This document shows, one piece after another, positions 25,132-36,745 of a DNA stretch of 44,231 nt. How positions within the stretch are numbered: the first letter of the stretch is position 1; every line of letters begins with the position of its first letter. Below the pieces are notes generated by a model. The model worked only from the letters and a program-made list of their open reading frames with translations, had not been told where the DNA came from and made no database searches. The position numbers and the translations under genes were made by a program. Source of the DNA: Chiloscyllium plagiosum (lineage: Eukaryota); the NCBI RefSeq assembly GCF_004010195.1, contig NC_057719.1, forward strand, positions 36,050,359-36,094,589. The letters are read 5' to 3'.

Positions 25132-26366
25132 AACAAAAAACATAGAGAATTACAGCACACGTAAAGATCCTTCAGACCTCCAAGCCTGCGCCAATCCAGA
25201 TGCTCTATCTAAACCTGTCGCCTATTTTCTCAGGATTTGTATTCCTCTGCTCCCTGTCTATTAATGTATCTGTCTAGATACAACTTAAATGATACTATTG
25301 TGTCTGCCCCTACCACTTCTGCTGGCAATGCATTCCAGGCACCCATCACCCTCTGTGTAAAGAACTTTCCACGCATAGTCCCTTAAACTTTTCCCCCTCT
25401 CACCTTGAACTTGTGACCCATAGTAACTGAATTCCCCACTCTGGGAAAAAAACGTCTTGCTATTCATCTTGTCTATACCCCTCATGATGTTTTAGACCTC
25501 AATCAGGTACCCCCTCAACTTCTGTCTTTCTAATGAAAATAATCCTAACCTACTCAACCTCTCTTCATAGCTAGCACCCTCCATACCAGGAAATATCCTG
25601 GTGAACCTCCTTTGTACCTTCTCCAAAACATCCACATCCTTTTGGTAATGTGATGACCAGAGCTGTATGCAGTATTCCAAACATGGCCGAAACAAAGTCC
25701 TATACAACTGTAACATGACCTGCCAACTCTTGTACTCAATACCCCGTCTGATGGAAGAAAGTATGCCATATGTCTTCTTGACCACTCTATCAACTTGTGT
25801 TGCCACCTTCAGGGTACAATGGACCTGAGCACCTAGATCTCTCTGTACATCAATTTTCCCCAGGGCTTTTCCATTTACATATAGTTTGCTCTTGAACTGG
25901 ATCTTCCAAAATGCATCACCTCGCATTTTCCCAGATTGAACTCCATTTGCCATTTCTCTGCCCAACACTCCAAACTATCTATATTCTGCTGCATTCTCTG
26001 ACAGTCCCCTTCACTATCTGCTACTCCACCAATCTTAGTGTCATGTACAAACTTGCTAATCAGACCACCTCTACCTTCCTCTAGATCATTTATGTATATC
26101 ATCAACAACAGTGGTCCCAGCATGGATCCATGTTGAACAACACTGGTCACAGTTCTCCATTTTGAGAAACTCCCTTCCACTACTGCTCTCTATCTCCTAC
26201 TGCCCAGCCAGTTCTCTATCCATCAAGATAGTACACCCTGAACCCCGTACGACTTCACTTTCTCCATCATCCTACCTTAGGGAACCTTATCAAACACCTT
26301 ATTGAAGTCTATGTAAATTATATCTACAGCCCTTCCCTCATCAATCAACTTTGTCACCTCTTCAAA
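25132..26366 (-). mobile_element. CR1-type LINE 3' fragment (third subfamily)
   Basis: GSMLGPLL...KFVHDTK; VDRVVKKTYGIL...LEYCIQLWS; gaatg on both sides (25127, 26367). Confidence 0.9.
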
Positions 26367-26448
26367 GAATGTCACGGGTTCTGATCACTCGAGGAGCTGG
26401 CTGTGAGCTAGCTGGGTCAGTGTCATATACTACGTAAGTGGAAATAAA

Positions 26449-26792
26449 TCATAGAATCTCTACGGCATGGGAACAGGCATTTGGCCCAACAAATCCACAC
26501 TGACCTTCGGAAGATTACCCAACCCATTCGTCTACCCTATTACTCTACGTTTCCCCCTGAATAGTTCACCTAACCCACACGTCCCTGAACACTATGGGCA
26601 ATTTATCACAGCCAATTTACCTAACCTGCACATCTTTGGATTGAGGGAGGAAACCGGAGCACCCGGAGGAAACCCATATAGACTTGAGGAGATTGTGCGA
26701 ACTCCACAAAACAGTCACCTGAGGTTGGAATCAAATCTGAGTCCCTGGCGCTGTGAGGCAGCAATGTTAACCACTGAGCCACCATGCTGCCC
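26449..26792 (-). mobile_element. HE1-type SINE in the LTR poly(A) signal
   Basis: Full head-to-tail copy; TSD aaataaa (26442-26448, 26794-26800). Confidence 0.9.
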
Positions 26793-28139
26793 TAAATAAA
26801 GGGTGACTTGGTGATGGCACATTAGCCTTCATGGAATGATTTCACCCACCAGTTCCTGCTGCTACATTTTCTTGAAAGAGAGAAGGAAGAGTGTCAGTGA
26901 CTGTGTTACAATGTATTTGAGTGTTGTCCCTGCCACAGCTAAGTAGATACTGAGAGGTTATTTCTCTGTTTGGTGAATCTAGAACAGATTCGCTAATCAG
27001 GTTTCGAGTTGTAGGGGCTGAAGGTGCAATCACATGAGAACAACCCAATTATTAGGACTGAGATTTAAAAAAAGTCTTCTTTCAAAGATTTGTGACTCTT
27101 TCTATTACCTATTTGGGGCTCCCTATATTCAATGGATTTAAGACTTAAGAGAGATGTTTAGTCTCTCAACCATCTATTGTACTTTCTTCAGCTTGTCTTC
27201 CTTATCCACTTATTAGATCTGTCAGCCCAGATAAGTGATCTCCTTCTCTGTTTGGTATTTGGCTGCATTTTCAGAACATAAGAACTTGCAAATTGATACA
27301 GATGAGTTTAATGGAGACAGAACCAAAATAAGTGATAAAGGGATATAATGAAGTGGAGACGTGATGAGGATGATGAAGTCTAGACACCAACAGAGCCATA
27401 CCAATAATAGCTTCTCTATCAGACAAGCAGCAGGAGAAAAGAAATGTTTATATAAAATGTATTCCCAACATTTTGATAGTAATGCAGTGAGCAGCTATTC
27501 CATTTATTACTAAAATAGCAAGATAATCCGTTTGTCTGGGATAAAGGTTTAATTCAGTCTCATGGCAGAAATAGAATCTTATCAGAATTTTGGCAGCAAA
27601 AGATGGTGTTTGTATTAAAAGAGTAATTGGAATTTGTGTGGATAGGCCTCTTACAAAGAAAAAGGAAAGAATTGAATCCAGATTAATTAGCAACTTATTG
27701 AGGTCCACACATTCAGACATTATCAGAAGAGAACAAAACACTGCTTTATTCCACATTAACCCTTTGTTAACATTTTCATCTAAAAAATGAAAGAAATAGT
27801 ATCTTCTCAGGGTTTGCCATTGGAAATACATGTAAAATTTTTGTAAATCTGTTTGATGTTACTTTTAACAGATGGAGAGCCACAATTTGTAGGTGTTTCA
27901 CAGAGATACATGTTTATTTATAGTCAAGTGGTTGCTTTTGTACTTGTGATGGCATAAAACTGCAAGTCATATTGTATACTGTACAGAAAATTAAATACAC
28001 TTTAGCTATGTTATTGAAGGCTTTTTGCAATTGCAGCATGTCCCTAGCTAATGGAAACTTTATATAAATGCCCGCCATATACAAAACATGCTGGTTTCTT
28101 TCTGATGAAAATATGGGCCACCCCTGCTATCTGAGATAT

Positions 28140-28520
28140 TTTCCCTGCCTCCACTCCCTTTCCTTTCCTATTCCCTTTCAATGTATCCATCTTATTCCCT
28201 TCACTCACTGTTTTCTGTAATGCCACTTTCTGTTTTTCCATTTTACTTTTTCTCTCTCACTTTGTCCCTTGCTTTCCTTTCTCTTTAGTATCCCCTTAGC
28301 CTCTTCCTTTTCTCTCTTCTTTACCATCTCCCATTGTTTCTTTCCTTTCTCCAGTCTCCTCCCTCTTCATCTTACATTTGTTACTTGTATGTCTCAATCT
28401 ATCCTTTTTTCTCCAGTGGCATGATCTCTGGCTTCTCACCTCTTCCCTTTTCCCTCCTCTGCCTTGATTTTGTTCAACCATCCTCATTTTCCCTTCTCTC
28501 TCACCTCATTCTAGCCTGCC
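28140..28520. repeat. Pyrimidine-rich low-complexity tract
   Basis: Strong C/T bias on the plus strand with no clear period. Confidence 0.7.
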
Positions 28521-28639
28521 TTAAGTAGTGCATTTGGGTTTGACTCCTCATGGTTGACGTAATAGAAGATGGCCCAGTATATTATACCTAAAATGTCCAA
28601 TAGATTTTTGTATAAGAATTTGAACAGAGGTATAAAATG

Positions 28640-28860
28640 GAGGTTGGGTAGCTCAGGTGGCTGAACAGATGGTTTACTTAATGCAGAGTTAATGCTGACA
28701 GCATGTGTTCAAAACCCACAGTAACTGAGGTTACCATGGTGGAACCTTCTTCTAACCTTTCCCTTGCCTGAGCTGTGGTGACTCTCAGGTTAAACCACCA
28801 CCAGTCATCTTTCTGTAACAAGAGAACAGTCCTATGTTCTGGTAAAACTCTGATGATTAT
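28640..28860 (+). mobile_element. tRNA-derived SINE, third family
   Basis: A box tagctcaggtgg, B box gttcaaaaccc, body ctgaggttaccatg...ctcaggttaaaccaccaccagtc. Confidence 0.6.
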
Positions 28861-30367
28861 CCCCTTAAAGTAAGGACAGAATTACCATGCTGTCTCTTGA
28901 TTATCCTCGAGCCTTAGCTTTTATTATCTCAAGAGTAGTTGCTTATTTAGTGAGGTAAGGAAACATGCCAATTTACATCAGTGTCCTTAAAAGAACCAGT
29001 GAACAGATAATCATTTCCACGTTCTGCATTACTGGGAACACTACCAATGCTTAAGGAATTATATATAAAGAAAGAAGGTTTGCCAAAAAATTGCTGCTGG
29101 TTTTACAGAAACTTCTGTCTAATGACAAAACATTCTCTGCACTTGATATGTTGAAAAGCAAGTCTCTATTTAGTTAACATCAGTTTGTTTCTGTTGACGG
29201 TAATCTTGTAACATTAAAAGGTCAGGTCAGGTAACGTATCTCTAGTTAGCAACAAAATGCAATGCCCAGTAAATGGTCAAAGTTGGCTGGGAGGAAGTGG
29301 CTTAGCAGAGGAGTGGTTGGTGTGCAGATCAATGTTATTGCAATAACTCAGGAAGTCTGACTGTGTAGAGCCATACTCATGGTGTATGTATAGTCCCAGC
29401 CTGGGGCAGACAATTCTTCAGACCCTTCCCTTTTTTTTCATTTCCCCTTTTCTTTTGTGTTCGATCTAAAATATAAAGCCAGTGGCAGATACTGGAAATA
29501 ACTAGTGAAGACACTCTGAACAAGACGATTGAATAGGGTGCTACAAAACATAGACTGTACTCTAAGGTCTTTTGACGCAGCAGGTCTTGATGCGTGAGGT
29601 GTGTTACATCGTGCTAGGTAATTGCAAAGAAAGGCAGACATCAAGATGACCACTAAATGTGATTACTGACATCATGGGCACTGACAACGTCCATAATATT
29701 TATATTATGCTTTTCCCCTTTTAAAATTTTATTTAACTACTTTTTGTTTTATTGACTAGAATATTTTAATTAATAAAAGCAAAGAATCCTTTGAAAATTC
29801 ACACTTTGTATGATTACGACTGAGTATTTTACAGGTTTTGATGTAGAGTCAGCTTTTGAACTTTGGTTTTGATTTGTTTCAACATGATTTGATTTTTTAC
29901 TGTCACGTGTACTGAGGTACAGTGGATCGTGTTGTTTTACATGCTTTACAGGCAGATTGTATTATATATGTGCGTCAGGATACGGTGTTACAGCTAGCAA
30001 GAAGGTGCAGAGAGACATCAACATTAACGTTTAAGAAGTCCATTCAAAAGTCTGGTAACAGCGGGGAAGAAGCTGTTCTTGAATTTGTTTGTCTTGCATT
30101 CAAACTTTTATATCTTCTGCCTGGCGGTAGAGGGTGGAAGAGAGTAAAACTGGAGTATGAGTGGTCTTTGATTATGTTTGTTGCTTTCCTGATGCAGCAA
30201 GTAGTATAGATACAGTTAATGGATGGTAAGTTTGTGTGATAGACTGGGCTGTTTTTACAACTCTCTGTAGTTTCTTGTGATCTTGGGAAAAGCAGTTGCC
30301 AAACCACACTCTGATGTATCCAGATAGGATGTTTTCTTTGGTGCATCTATAAAAATTTGTAAGAATC

Positions 30368-31221
30368 ATACTGTTATAGAGATGTACAGCATGAAAACAA
30401 ACTCTTCCAACTTGTCCATACCAACCAGATATCCTAAATTAACGTAGTCCCATTTGTCAGCACTTGGTCCACTTCCCTCTAAACCCTTGCCTATTCATGT
30501 ACTCATCCAGCTGTCTTTTAAATGTTGCCTCTGGTGTTTGAGTTCAAGTATTTCTAGACATCTAAGGAAAATTAACAAACTGCAAAATTCACAGCTGACC
30601 TTGGAGAATCATATGTGGGAGAGCTCACAGCACAGGAGCAGATAAGTGCATTGTTTTTAAGTGTAACCTTGCTGTTTTTTTAATAGTGAGTAGAGTAGGT
30701 TCGTTTTGGTTATATGTCTTATTTAGATCTGTCTCTTGATTAAAATTTAAAAATGTGAAACGTAGGTACTACATTAGCCTGGAGCAGTGTTTTTTTAGAG
30801 CAATAACACCATGCTATTTTCTATAGATTGTTAAGGTGCAAAAATGGCCTTTAGTAGATTATTGTGCTCTTCCTGTCAGATATGGGAGATTAGGGAGAAT
30901 GTTACTGATGATTATGTCTGCAGTAAGTGTGAATGGTATCAGATTGCATGGGTCAGTTGGAGCAGCAGTGAGAGGCAATGTGGAATTTACAGGAGCTAGG
31001 GGGTGTGATGGATAGCAGTTTTAGTAAGGGAGAAAAACGCAGATACAGTCAGGTAGATGGGTTACCGCCAGGAAAGATAAGAAAGGGAGGCAGATAGTGC
31101 AGGAGTCTCCTGTGGCTATTCCCATCTCAAACAAGTATGCTGTCTTAGAAAATGTAGGCGTGATGGACTCTTAGGGGAATGTAGCATGAACAGCAAGTTT
31201 CTGGTATCGAGACTGGCTCGA
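30368..31221. mobile_element. CR1 insert: antisense 3' tail (30375-30528) joined to sense 5'UTR/ORF1 start
   Basis: ATG at 30844 gives MAFSRLLCSSCQIWE...DYVCSKC (zinc finger), later PVAIPISNKYAVL; flanked by ttgtaaga(a/g)tc. Confidence 0.75.
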
Positions 31222-31840
31222 TTGTAAGAGTCTTTGTGGACATATCAAATTTCCTTAGTCTCCTGAGGAGGTAGAGGTATTGCTGTGCTTTCCTGACTGT
31301 AGTGTCAGCATGTGGGGACCAGGATGGATTGTTGGTGATTGTCACTCCCAGGAGCTTGACACTCTTCACCATCTCCATCTCATCACCATTGTTACAGACA
31401 GGGGCATGCCCTCCACTCTGCTTCCTGAGTCAAAGACCAGCTTCTTCATTTTGTTGACCTTGATGGAGAGATTATTGTTTTTACATCATACCACTAAGCC
31501 ATCTATCTCCTTCCTGTACTCCACCTCATTGTTGTTTCAGATCCAAACGAGAATAAACTCATCAGTAAACTTGCAAATGGAGTTGGTGTGAAAGTTGGCC
31601 AAACAGTCATGTGTGTATAAGCAATATAGTACGGGGTTGGGTACATTGTTTTGCAACGCACTGGTGTTGAGGACGTTGTCACCTATCCTTACTGACTGTA
31701 GTCTGTTGTTCAGGAAATCGAGAATCCAGTTACAGAGTGGGGAGCAAAGAGCTAGGTCCTGGAATTTGGAGGTGAGTTTGTTTGAAATTATGGTGTTGAA
31801 GGCAGAGCTATAGTCACTAAGTAGGAGCCTGATGTAGGTA

Positions 31841-31960
31841 GAAATTGAGGACTGCAAATGCTGGAGATTAGAGTCGAGAGTGTAGTGCTGGAAAAGCACA
31901 GCAGGTCAGGCAGCATCCGAGGAGCAGGAGAGTCGATGTTTCAGACAAAAGTCCTCTTTT
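31841..31960 (-). mobile_element. Penelope pLTR 3' fragment
   Basis: Matches 41298-41420; TSD gcctgatgtaggta (31827-31840) / gcctgacataggta (31961-31974). Confidence 0.88.
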
Positions 31961-33443
31961 GCCTGACATAGGTATCCTCATTATCCAGATGTTCCAGGAT
32001 TGAGTGTAGGGAGAGGGAAATGGCGTCTGCTGTGGACTTGATGTGCCGAGTAGCAAGTTACAAATGATCAAGGCAACATGGGAGGCTGGCTTTGATGTGA
32101 GCTATGACCAATCTCTCAAAGTACTTCATAATCATGGAGGTAAGAGCCATCTAGCAGTAGTCATTGAGGCCATGCTGCATGATTTTTCTTTGGCACTGGG
32201 GTGATGGCCTTCTTGAAGCAGGTGGGACTTCAAATCATGGTAAGGAGAGGTTAAAGATGTCAGTGAATACTCTCACCAGTCAGTCCCTTAAGAAGGCTGA
32301 TCTAATGTCTGCGGCAGTGACCACGGTGGTACAGGTACATCTGAAGCTGTTGGTACAGGTGACATCATTTTTTTGTTCAAAGTGAGCAAAGAGTGCATTG
32401 AGGTTATCGGATGTACTGTTGTCCGCGATTCTGTTTGGCTTTGCTTTGAGCCCGTTATGTCATGTAAGACTTGCGTTTTGGTGTCTCTGATGGCCTTGCG
32501 AAGGTCATACCGAATTTCTTGTACATGCGTTTATTAAACTTGATTTGTCTGTAATGTGATTTGTGAATTGCTGATCGTTTTTCTTGAAAGCAAACTCCCA
32601 TTTGCTGTCACGCAATTCTCATCGCTGGCACAAAGTGTCGTGGTGTGTGGAGGACTGGACTCTGCGTTGGCATCACGTGGATCAGTCGGCTCATGTGCTT
32701 TCTCGTGAAGAGCTTTGTAAAAGGTATCATGAAATGTTTGTGCTAGTGAACTTGGAAAAGCATCATTAAAGTATCTCTACAGTCTGAGGACAAGAAGCTG
32801 GGAGCAAGAGCAGATTGAAACTTGGCTTTGTTGTTTGTATTAAGAACTATTTTTCTTTCTTTTTGTTTCAAAAATATGTTTAGATGTTAAAGAGTATCTG
32901 CAGATTCATGCAAATCTGTTTCAATGACTAATCACTATGGTAACTAACTGCAAAGAAAATACCAGTACAGGGGCTTGGACATGGTCAGTCAGCTGCTAAG
33001 AATGGTCAGAGTCAGGAAACTCTGCACACAGTGGGTGAAGAGGAGAGAAGTGGGTGGTACAATGTTACATTTAGTGCATGTATGGAGGTGTCCTGAGGGG
33101 GTGAGTAGGCTGTGCAGAAGAAAGTCAGGGTTAGTCAGGGTCAGATGTTAGCGAGGATGAGACTGAGCGGGGAAGATGTTGTAGGAAAAGGTGGGTGCAG
33201 TAGCAGAGATAGAGTGAGTGAGGCATCAGCAAGAAGATGGTGGCACTTTCACTGGCAGAGTGGAGAAGGTCATTGATCTTCTTCTTATATTCCATGCATT
33301 CCTTCAGATGGTTGAGTCTGCACTGGCCTAGATGGTAACCCTGGTCCAGGTTATGATTTGGAGATGCCAGTGTTGGACTGGGGTGTACAAAGTTAAAAAT
33401 CACACAACACCAGGTTATAGTCCAACAGGTTTAATTGGAAGCA

Positions 33444-33478
33444 CACTAGCTTTCGGAACGACGCTCCTTCATCAGGTG
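33444..33478 (-). ncRNA. Minimal type I hammerhead ribozyme motif (antisense twin)
   Basis: Minus strand reads CAC-CUGAUGA-A-GGAGC(GUC)GUUCC-GAAA-GCUA-GUG; the only difference gives a G-U pair in stem II. Confidence 0.72.
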
Positions 33479-33490
33479 ATAGTGGACAAT

Positions 33491-33525
33491 CACCTGATGA
33501 AGGAGCGTCGCTCCGAAAGCTAGTG
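33491..33525 (+). ncRNA. Minimal type I hammerhead ribozyme motif
   Basis: CAC-CUGAUGA-A-GGAGC(GUC)GCUCC-GAAA-GCUA-GUG: intact core, 5-bp stem II, palindromic AGCU stem III, CUA triplet, CAC/GUG stem I. Confidence 0.75.
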
Positions 33526-35534
33526 TGCTTCCAATTAAACCTGTTGGACTATAACCTGGTGTTGTGTGATTTTTAACCTGGTCCAGGTTGGCATGGTTCC
33601 AGTAGAATGGCATCCGCTGTCGGTCTGGGAGAAAAGGACATCCTGCCTCTGCATCACCCCATCCCCATCAGCATCATCTCCATGTCCCTGCCCACAAACA
33701 GAGGCACGAATTTTCCATTGTCTGCCACATCCAGGGCCAATGTCAGGAAGCATGCAGGGCAGCTCTGGACTGACAGGTCTTGTCTGGGTGCACAATACCT
33801 TTTAAAAGATAGTGCTGCACCACAGATGTTGGTCATTTCTGGGATTTCCAAGAAGTGGTGAGTTGTTTTGGAAATGGCACATGGTATTGATGATGCTAGA
33901 ATGTGTGAGAGGGGCACCAAAGGATGGAGTAGATAATAAATTAGGCAGGTTTTGTAAAATAAGGAGGTAGACGTCCCCAAACATCACAATGTCAAGTCCT
34001 CTGAAAAATTTGACGAAACTGACACAGCAAAAGAAATTAAGATGCAGCTCTTGATCTATCAAGGCAAGCTTCATTCGGGGATCTGATTTGTACAGTGTTA
34101 CCATTGGATGGGATCAGAAAGCTGGCCAGAATGTAGTGCAGCCAGCAGGTGTAGATGCCATTCGAGAGAAATCAGTTGAAGATTCTGCTGAATTGCACTA
34201 TTCATCACCATACAACAGGTCAGTTACAACACATCAACATTTATTTAGACTCTGCTTTCGTTTGTGTTGGCTAACTACTATTTTTGTTTTGATTTTTATT
34301 GGAATTTTTGGTAGTTTGCCCCAACTCTGTTTTTCCTATAGGCCCCATTATTTCTATTGCATGATTTTCTATAACATGGCGTTGCATGGGAACACAACTA
34401 TGGTGTTATAAGAGAACTACTTGTATAAGTCGGGTTGCCAGACATATACGCCTCAGGCCTGGACTTCAGTAGGGAGTGGATCTCCTGGTTCATCCCTGAT
34501 TTCTAGTTTCAGAACGTTTGGCTTAACGTATTCAGCATGCAGTCATCTACATACTTACTAATAAAGTCTGTCATGTTAATGACATACTTGTTTGGGTTGG
34601 CCACTGAGTTCTTGAATATGACCCAGTTCACTGACTCTAAGTAGTCCCATAGAAACCCTTCCATTGCCTCAGACCAACACTGCCCTACTTTCTTTAGTGA
34701 GTCCTCACGTTTCAATTGTTGCCGTAAGCCTGGAGGAGGAGCACAGTGCTGTAATCTGAATTTCCAAAATGCAGATGGGGGTATGGAAGGACAGGCATCT
34801 TTGATGCTTGTGTAGCAATGGTCAAGGATGTTCGGACCTCTGGTAGGACAGGAGACGTGTTGGTGATATTTTGGGAGGATATTCTTGAGGTTTGGCCTGG
34901 TTGAAGCCACAGGCTACGATAAATACTGCTTTGGGATATTCTATCACAAGACTGTTTGCAGTATTGAATACTTCATCAAGAGATGAAGTTTTGGCTTATT
35001 AATTAAAGAAGATCCAATTTCATATTTAGAAATCAATACTTCAGACACTGAAGTTTGCACTGATGCAAAATGTGTGTAAGTTCATGATTAAATGGATCTA
35101 GCTCATGTTTGGTTCATTGCTCACTCGGAACATATGACCTACATGAACATTTCTCACCTTCTTGTCAATTTCAACTTGCTTCTGTTCCCTACATTTTCTA
35201 TGTCTCATTTTGTATCACTTGTGAAGGCAGAAGCTCAGATATAAACATGTTCATTTTGCCTGAAACTGCAAGCTGTTTTGTTTGTTTCATACAGCAATAT
35301 TTGGTTGAACTTCTTTCATTCAAATTTAAGGAAAGACTTGGTTGAACCAGTTTCTGGTGTGTCCTTCCTTAAAGCTAAGTGGCTGTATACACTGTCATGG
35401 AATGGGAAAGATGGGAAGGGAGAAGAAGTTTGCCTGTACTTTAGCACAAAATTAGCCAGCTGCTGTTTCATGCTGAAATTTGAACACGCGCAGTATTTAT
35501 TTGTCAACATTTTGTTAACCATCCTAAAGATCCT

Positions 35535-35840
35535 GTGAGGTTAGCACTGTTGCCTCACAGCGCCAGAGACCCGGGTTCAATTCCCGCCTCAGGCGACTGA
35601 CTGTGTGGAGTTTGCATGTTCTCCCCGTGTCTGCGTGGGTTTCCTCCGGGTGCTCCGGTTTCCTCCCACAGTCCAAAGATGTGCAGATCAGGTGAATTGG
35701 CCATGCTAAATTGCCCGTAGTGTTAGGTATAGGGGTAAATGTAGGGGTATGGGTGGGTTGCGCTTCGGTGGTTCGGTGTGGACTTGTTGAGCCGAAGGGC
35801 CTGTTTCCATACTGTAATGTAATGTAATCTAATCTAATCT
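35535..35840 (+). mobile_element. HE1-type SINE, young subfamily, slightly 5'-truncated
   Basis: B box ggttcaattcc, CpGs retained, (TAATG)(TAATC)n tail. Confidence 0.93.
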
Positions 35841-36745
35841 TTCAGCTGCTCTGCTTGATGCTGGATATAAATAGGAATTGGGGTGTTTTTGATAGCATTT
35901 TAGACGTATGAAAATTTGGGATAGTGGAGAATGATATTGAGGATTGTTACCTGAGATCAGTTCATTTTTTAATCCACGATAAATAAAACAAACCATTAAT
36001 CATCCACTGTTTGCTTTGGTATTGCTGTTTGATCCATTTAGTTAATCAAGAAATTGTTAATTTCCTTTTCACGAAAGTCTCTCCCTTATGAGATGGTCAA
36101 GTCTGTTGTGACCATGGGTGCAATTTTTTACTGTCTTAGCCCCCATGAAATGTTTGCTTCCCATTAATTCTAGATCACTGTTATTATAATATGATCTGAT
36201 GTTTGGGTAGCAACTCCTGGTGGTTTGTAGTTGGGGTAGAGTGCTGCTGTCAGTCATCTCCCTGTGCTAGTCTGTGAGACCTCAGTAATGTGTGGTGGAT
36301 GATTGACCACAAATGAGTCTTGGCAGAAGAAGGTCTTGTCTTCGTGATAAGATGTAGTGTGCTACATGTTTGGAACGAGAAAATGTCTCATTATATTATC
36401 ACTGAGACATATTAACTAATTATAATAACAGGCAGGTAAGATCTAAGTTTCTTTATCAGGAGACTATATCCCAGTTCCAACTGTAGCTGCTGTATTGCAA
36501 TTGTTAAAGTCTTGATGCTCCACCCTGTGGCTGTATTACATATCAGACTGGGCAAAGCTTCAGTTTAGCTAATAGATTAGCCCTTTCATATCCAATACCT
36601 TATATAACAGATCTCTAAATAAAGCCAATAAACTAATCTTTTTGATTTGGATTTCATATGGATTGCTCCTGTATATTCAGCATGCGGTAATGTCAGAACC
36701 CTATCTCTGAAAGGACTAGGTTCTTTGAGATTTGATTCAGATGTG

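Larger units (their letters stand above)
19121..26844 (+). mobile_element. Decayed Ty3/Gypsy LTR retrotransposon with both ends preserved
   Basis: TG...CA LTRs, PBS-like tggtgatgag (19349), PPT agaagggagaga (24538-24549), TSD CCCAC (19116-19120, 26845-26849). Domain order gag (19431), PR (MEVDTSMAVS), RT (GDFKQTVN, IYLD), RH (TSDVSIYGIG, ASRTL), IN (KPWTQLHIDSAGP). Confidence 0.92.
24550..26844 (+). repeat. Gypsy 3' LTR in three pieces (24550-24693, 26368-26448, 26794-26844)
   Basis: Joined pieces are collinear with the 5' LTR; includes a 27-bp tandem duplication at 24630-24683. Confidence 0.85.
33353..33577. mobile_element. Palindromic Penelope-type pLTR insertion (second family)
   Basis: 89-bp arms (33392-33480, 33489-33577) with 1 mismatch, 39-bp one-sided tail, TSD ctggtccaggtt (33341-33352, 33578-33589). 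Confidence 0.85.
33245..33720 (-). mobile_element. Harbinger ORF2 (Myb/SANT-like) remnant interrupted by the Penelope palindrome
   Basis: GVMQRQDVLFS...TMPTW before the insert and KKINDLLHSA after it. Confidence 0.5.
32524..34423. mobile_element. 1.9-kb insert splitting the Rex1 LINE; probable pogo/Tigger-type DNA-transposon derivative
   Basis: Rex1 stops at cttgta (32518-32523) and resumes at cttgta (34420-34425); TA on both sides; right end resembles a Tigger-type terminus; no matching left TIR. Confidence 0.45.
29886..34925 (-). mobile_element. Rex1/Babar-type LINE in four pieces (29886-30367, 31222-31840, 31961-32523, 34420-34925)
   Basis: Collinear EN (HVSCPTRGPNILDHCY), linker (YDLRKAIRD), RT (DYSSAFNTI, LCNWILDFL, LYTHDC, KFTDE) and C-terminus (KAQQYLYLLRRLRK, LTNFYRCTKENILSG). 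Confidence 0.85.

Noticed and set aside
32589..32723. Candidate exon (ag...gt, open in two frames, CpG-rich)
   Set aside because: No recognisable protein, weak splice context, and it lies inside a probable transposon insert.
33392..33577. MITE, miRNA precursor or CRISPR-like repeat
   Set aside because: The one-sided tail, 12-bp TSD and hammerhead core fit a Penelope-type retro-insertion; there is no repeat-spacer array anywhere in the window.
34096..34218. Candidate exon ending AG/GTCAGT
   Set aside because: Weak acceptor, no recognisable product, no partner exons.
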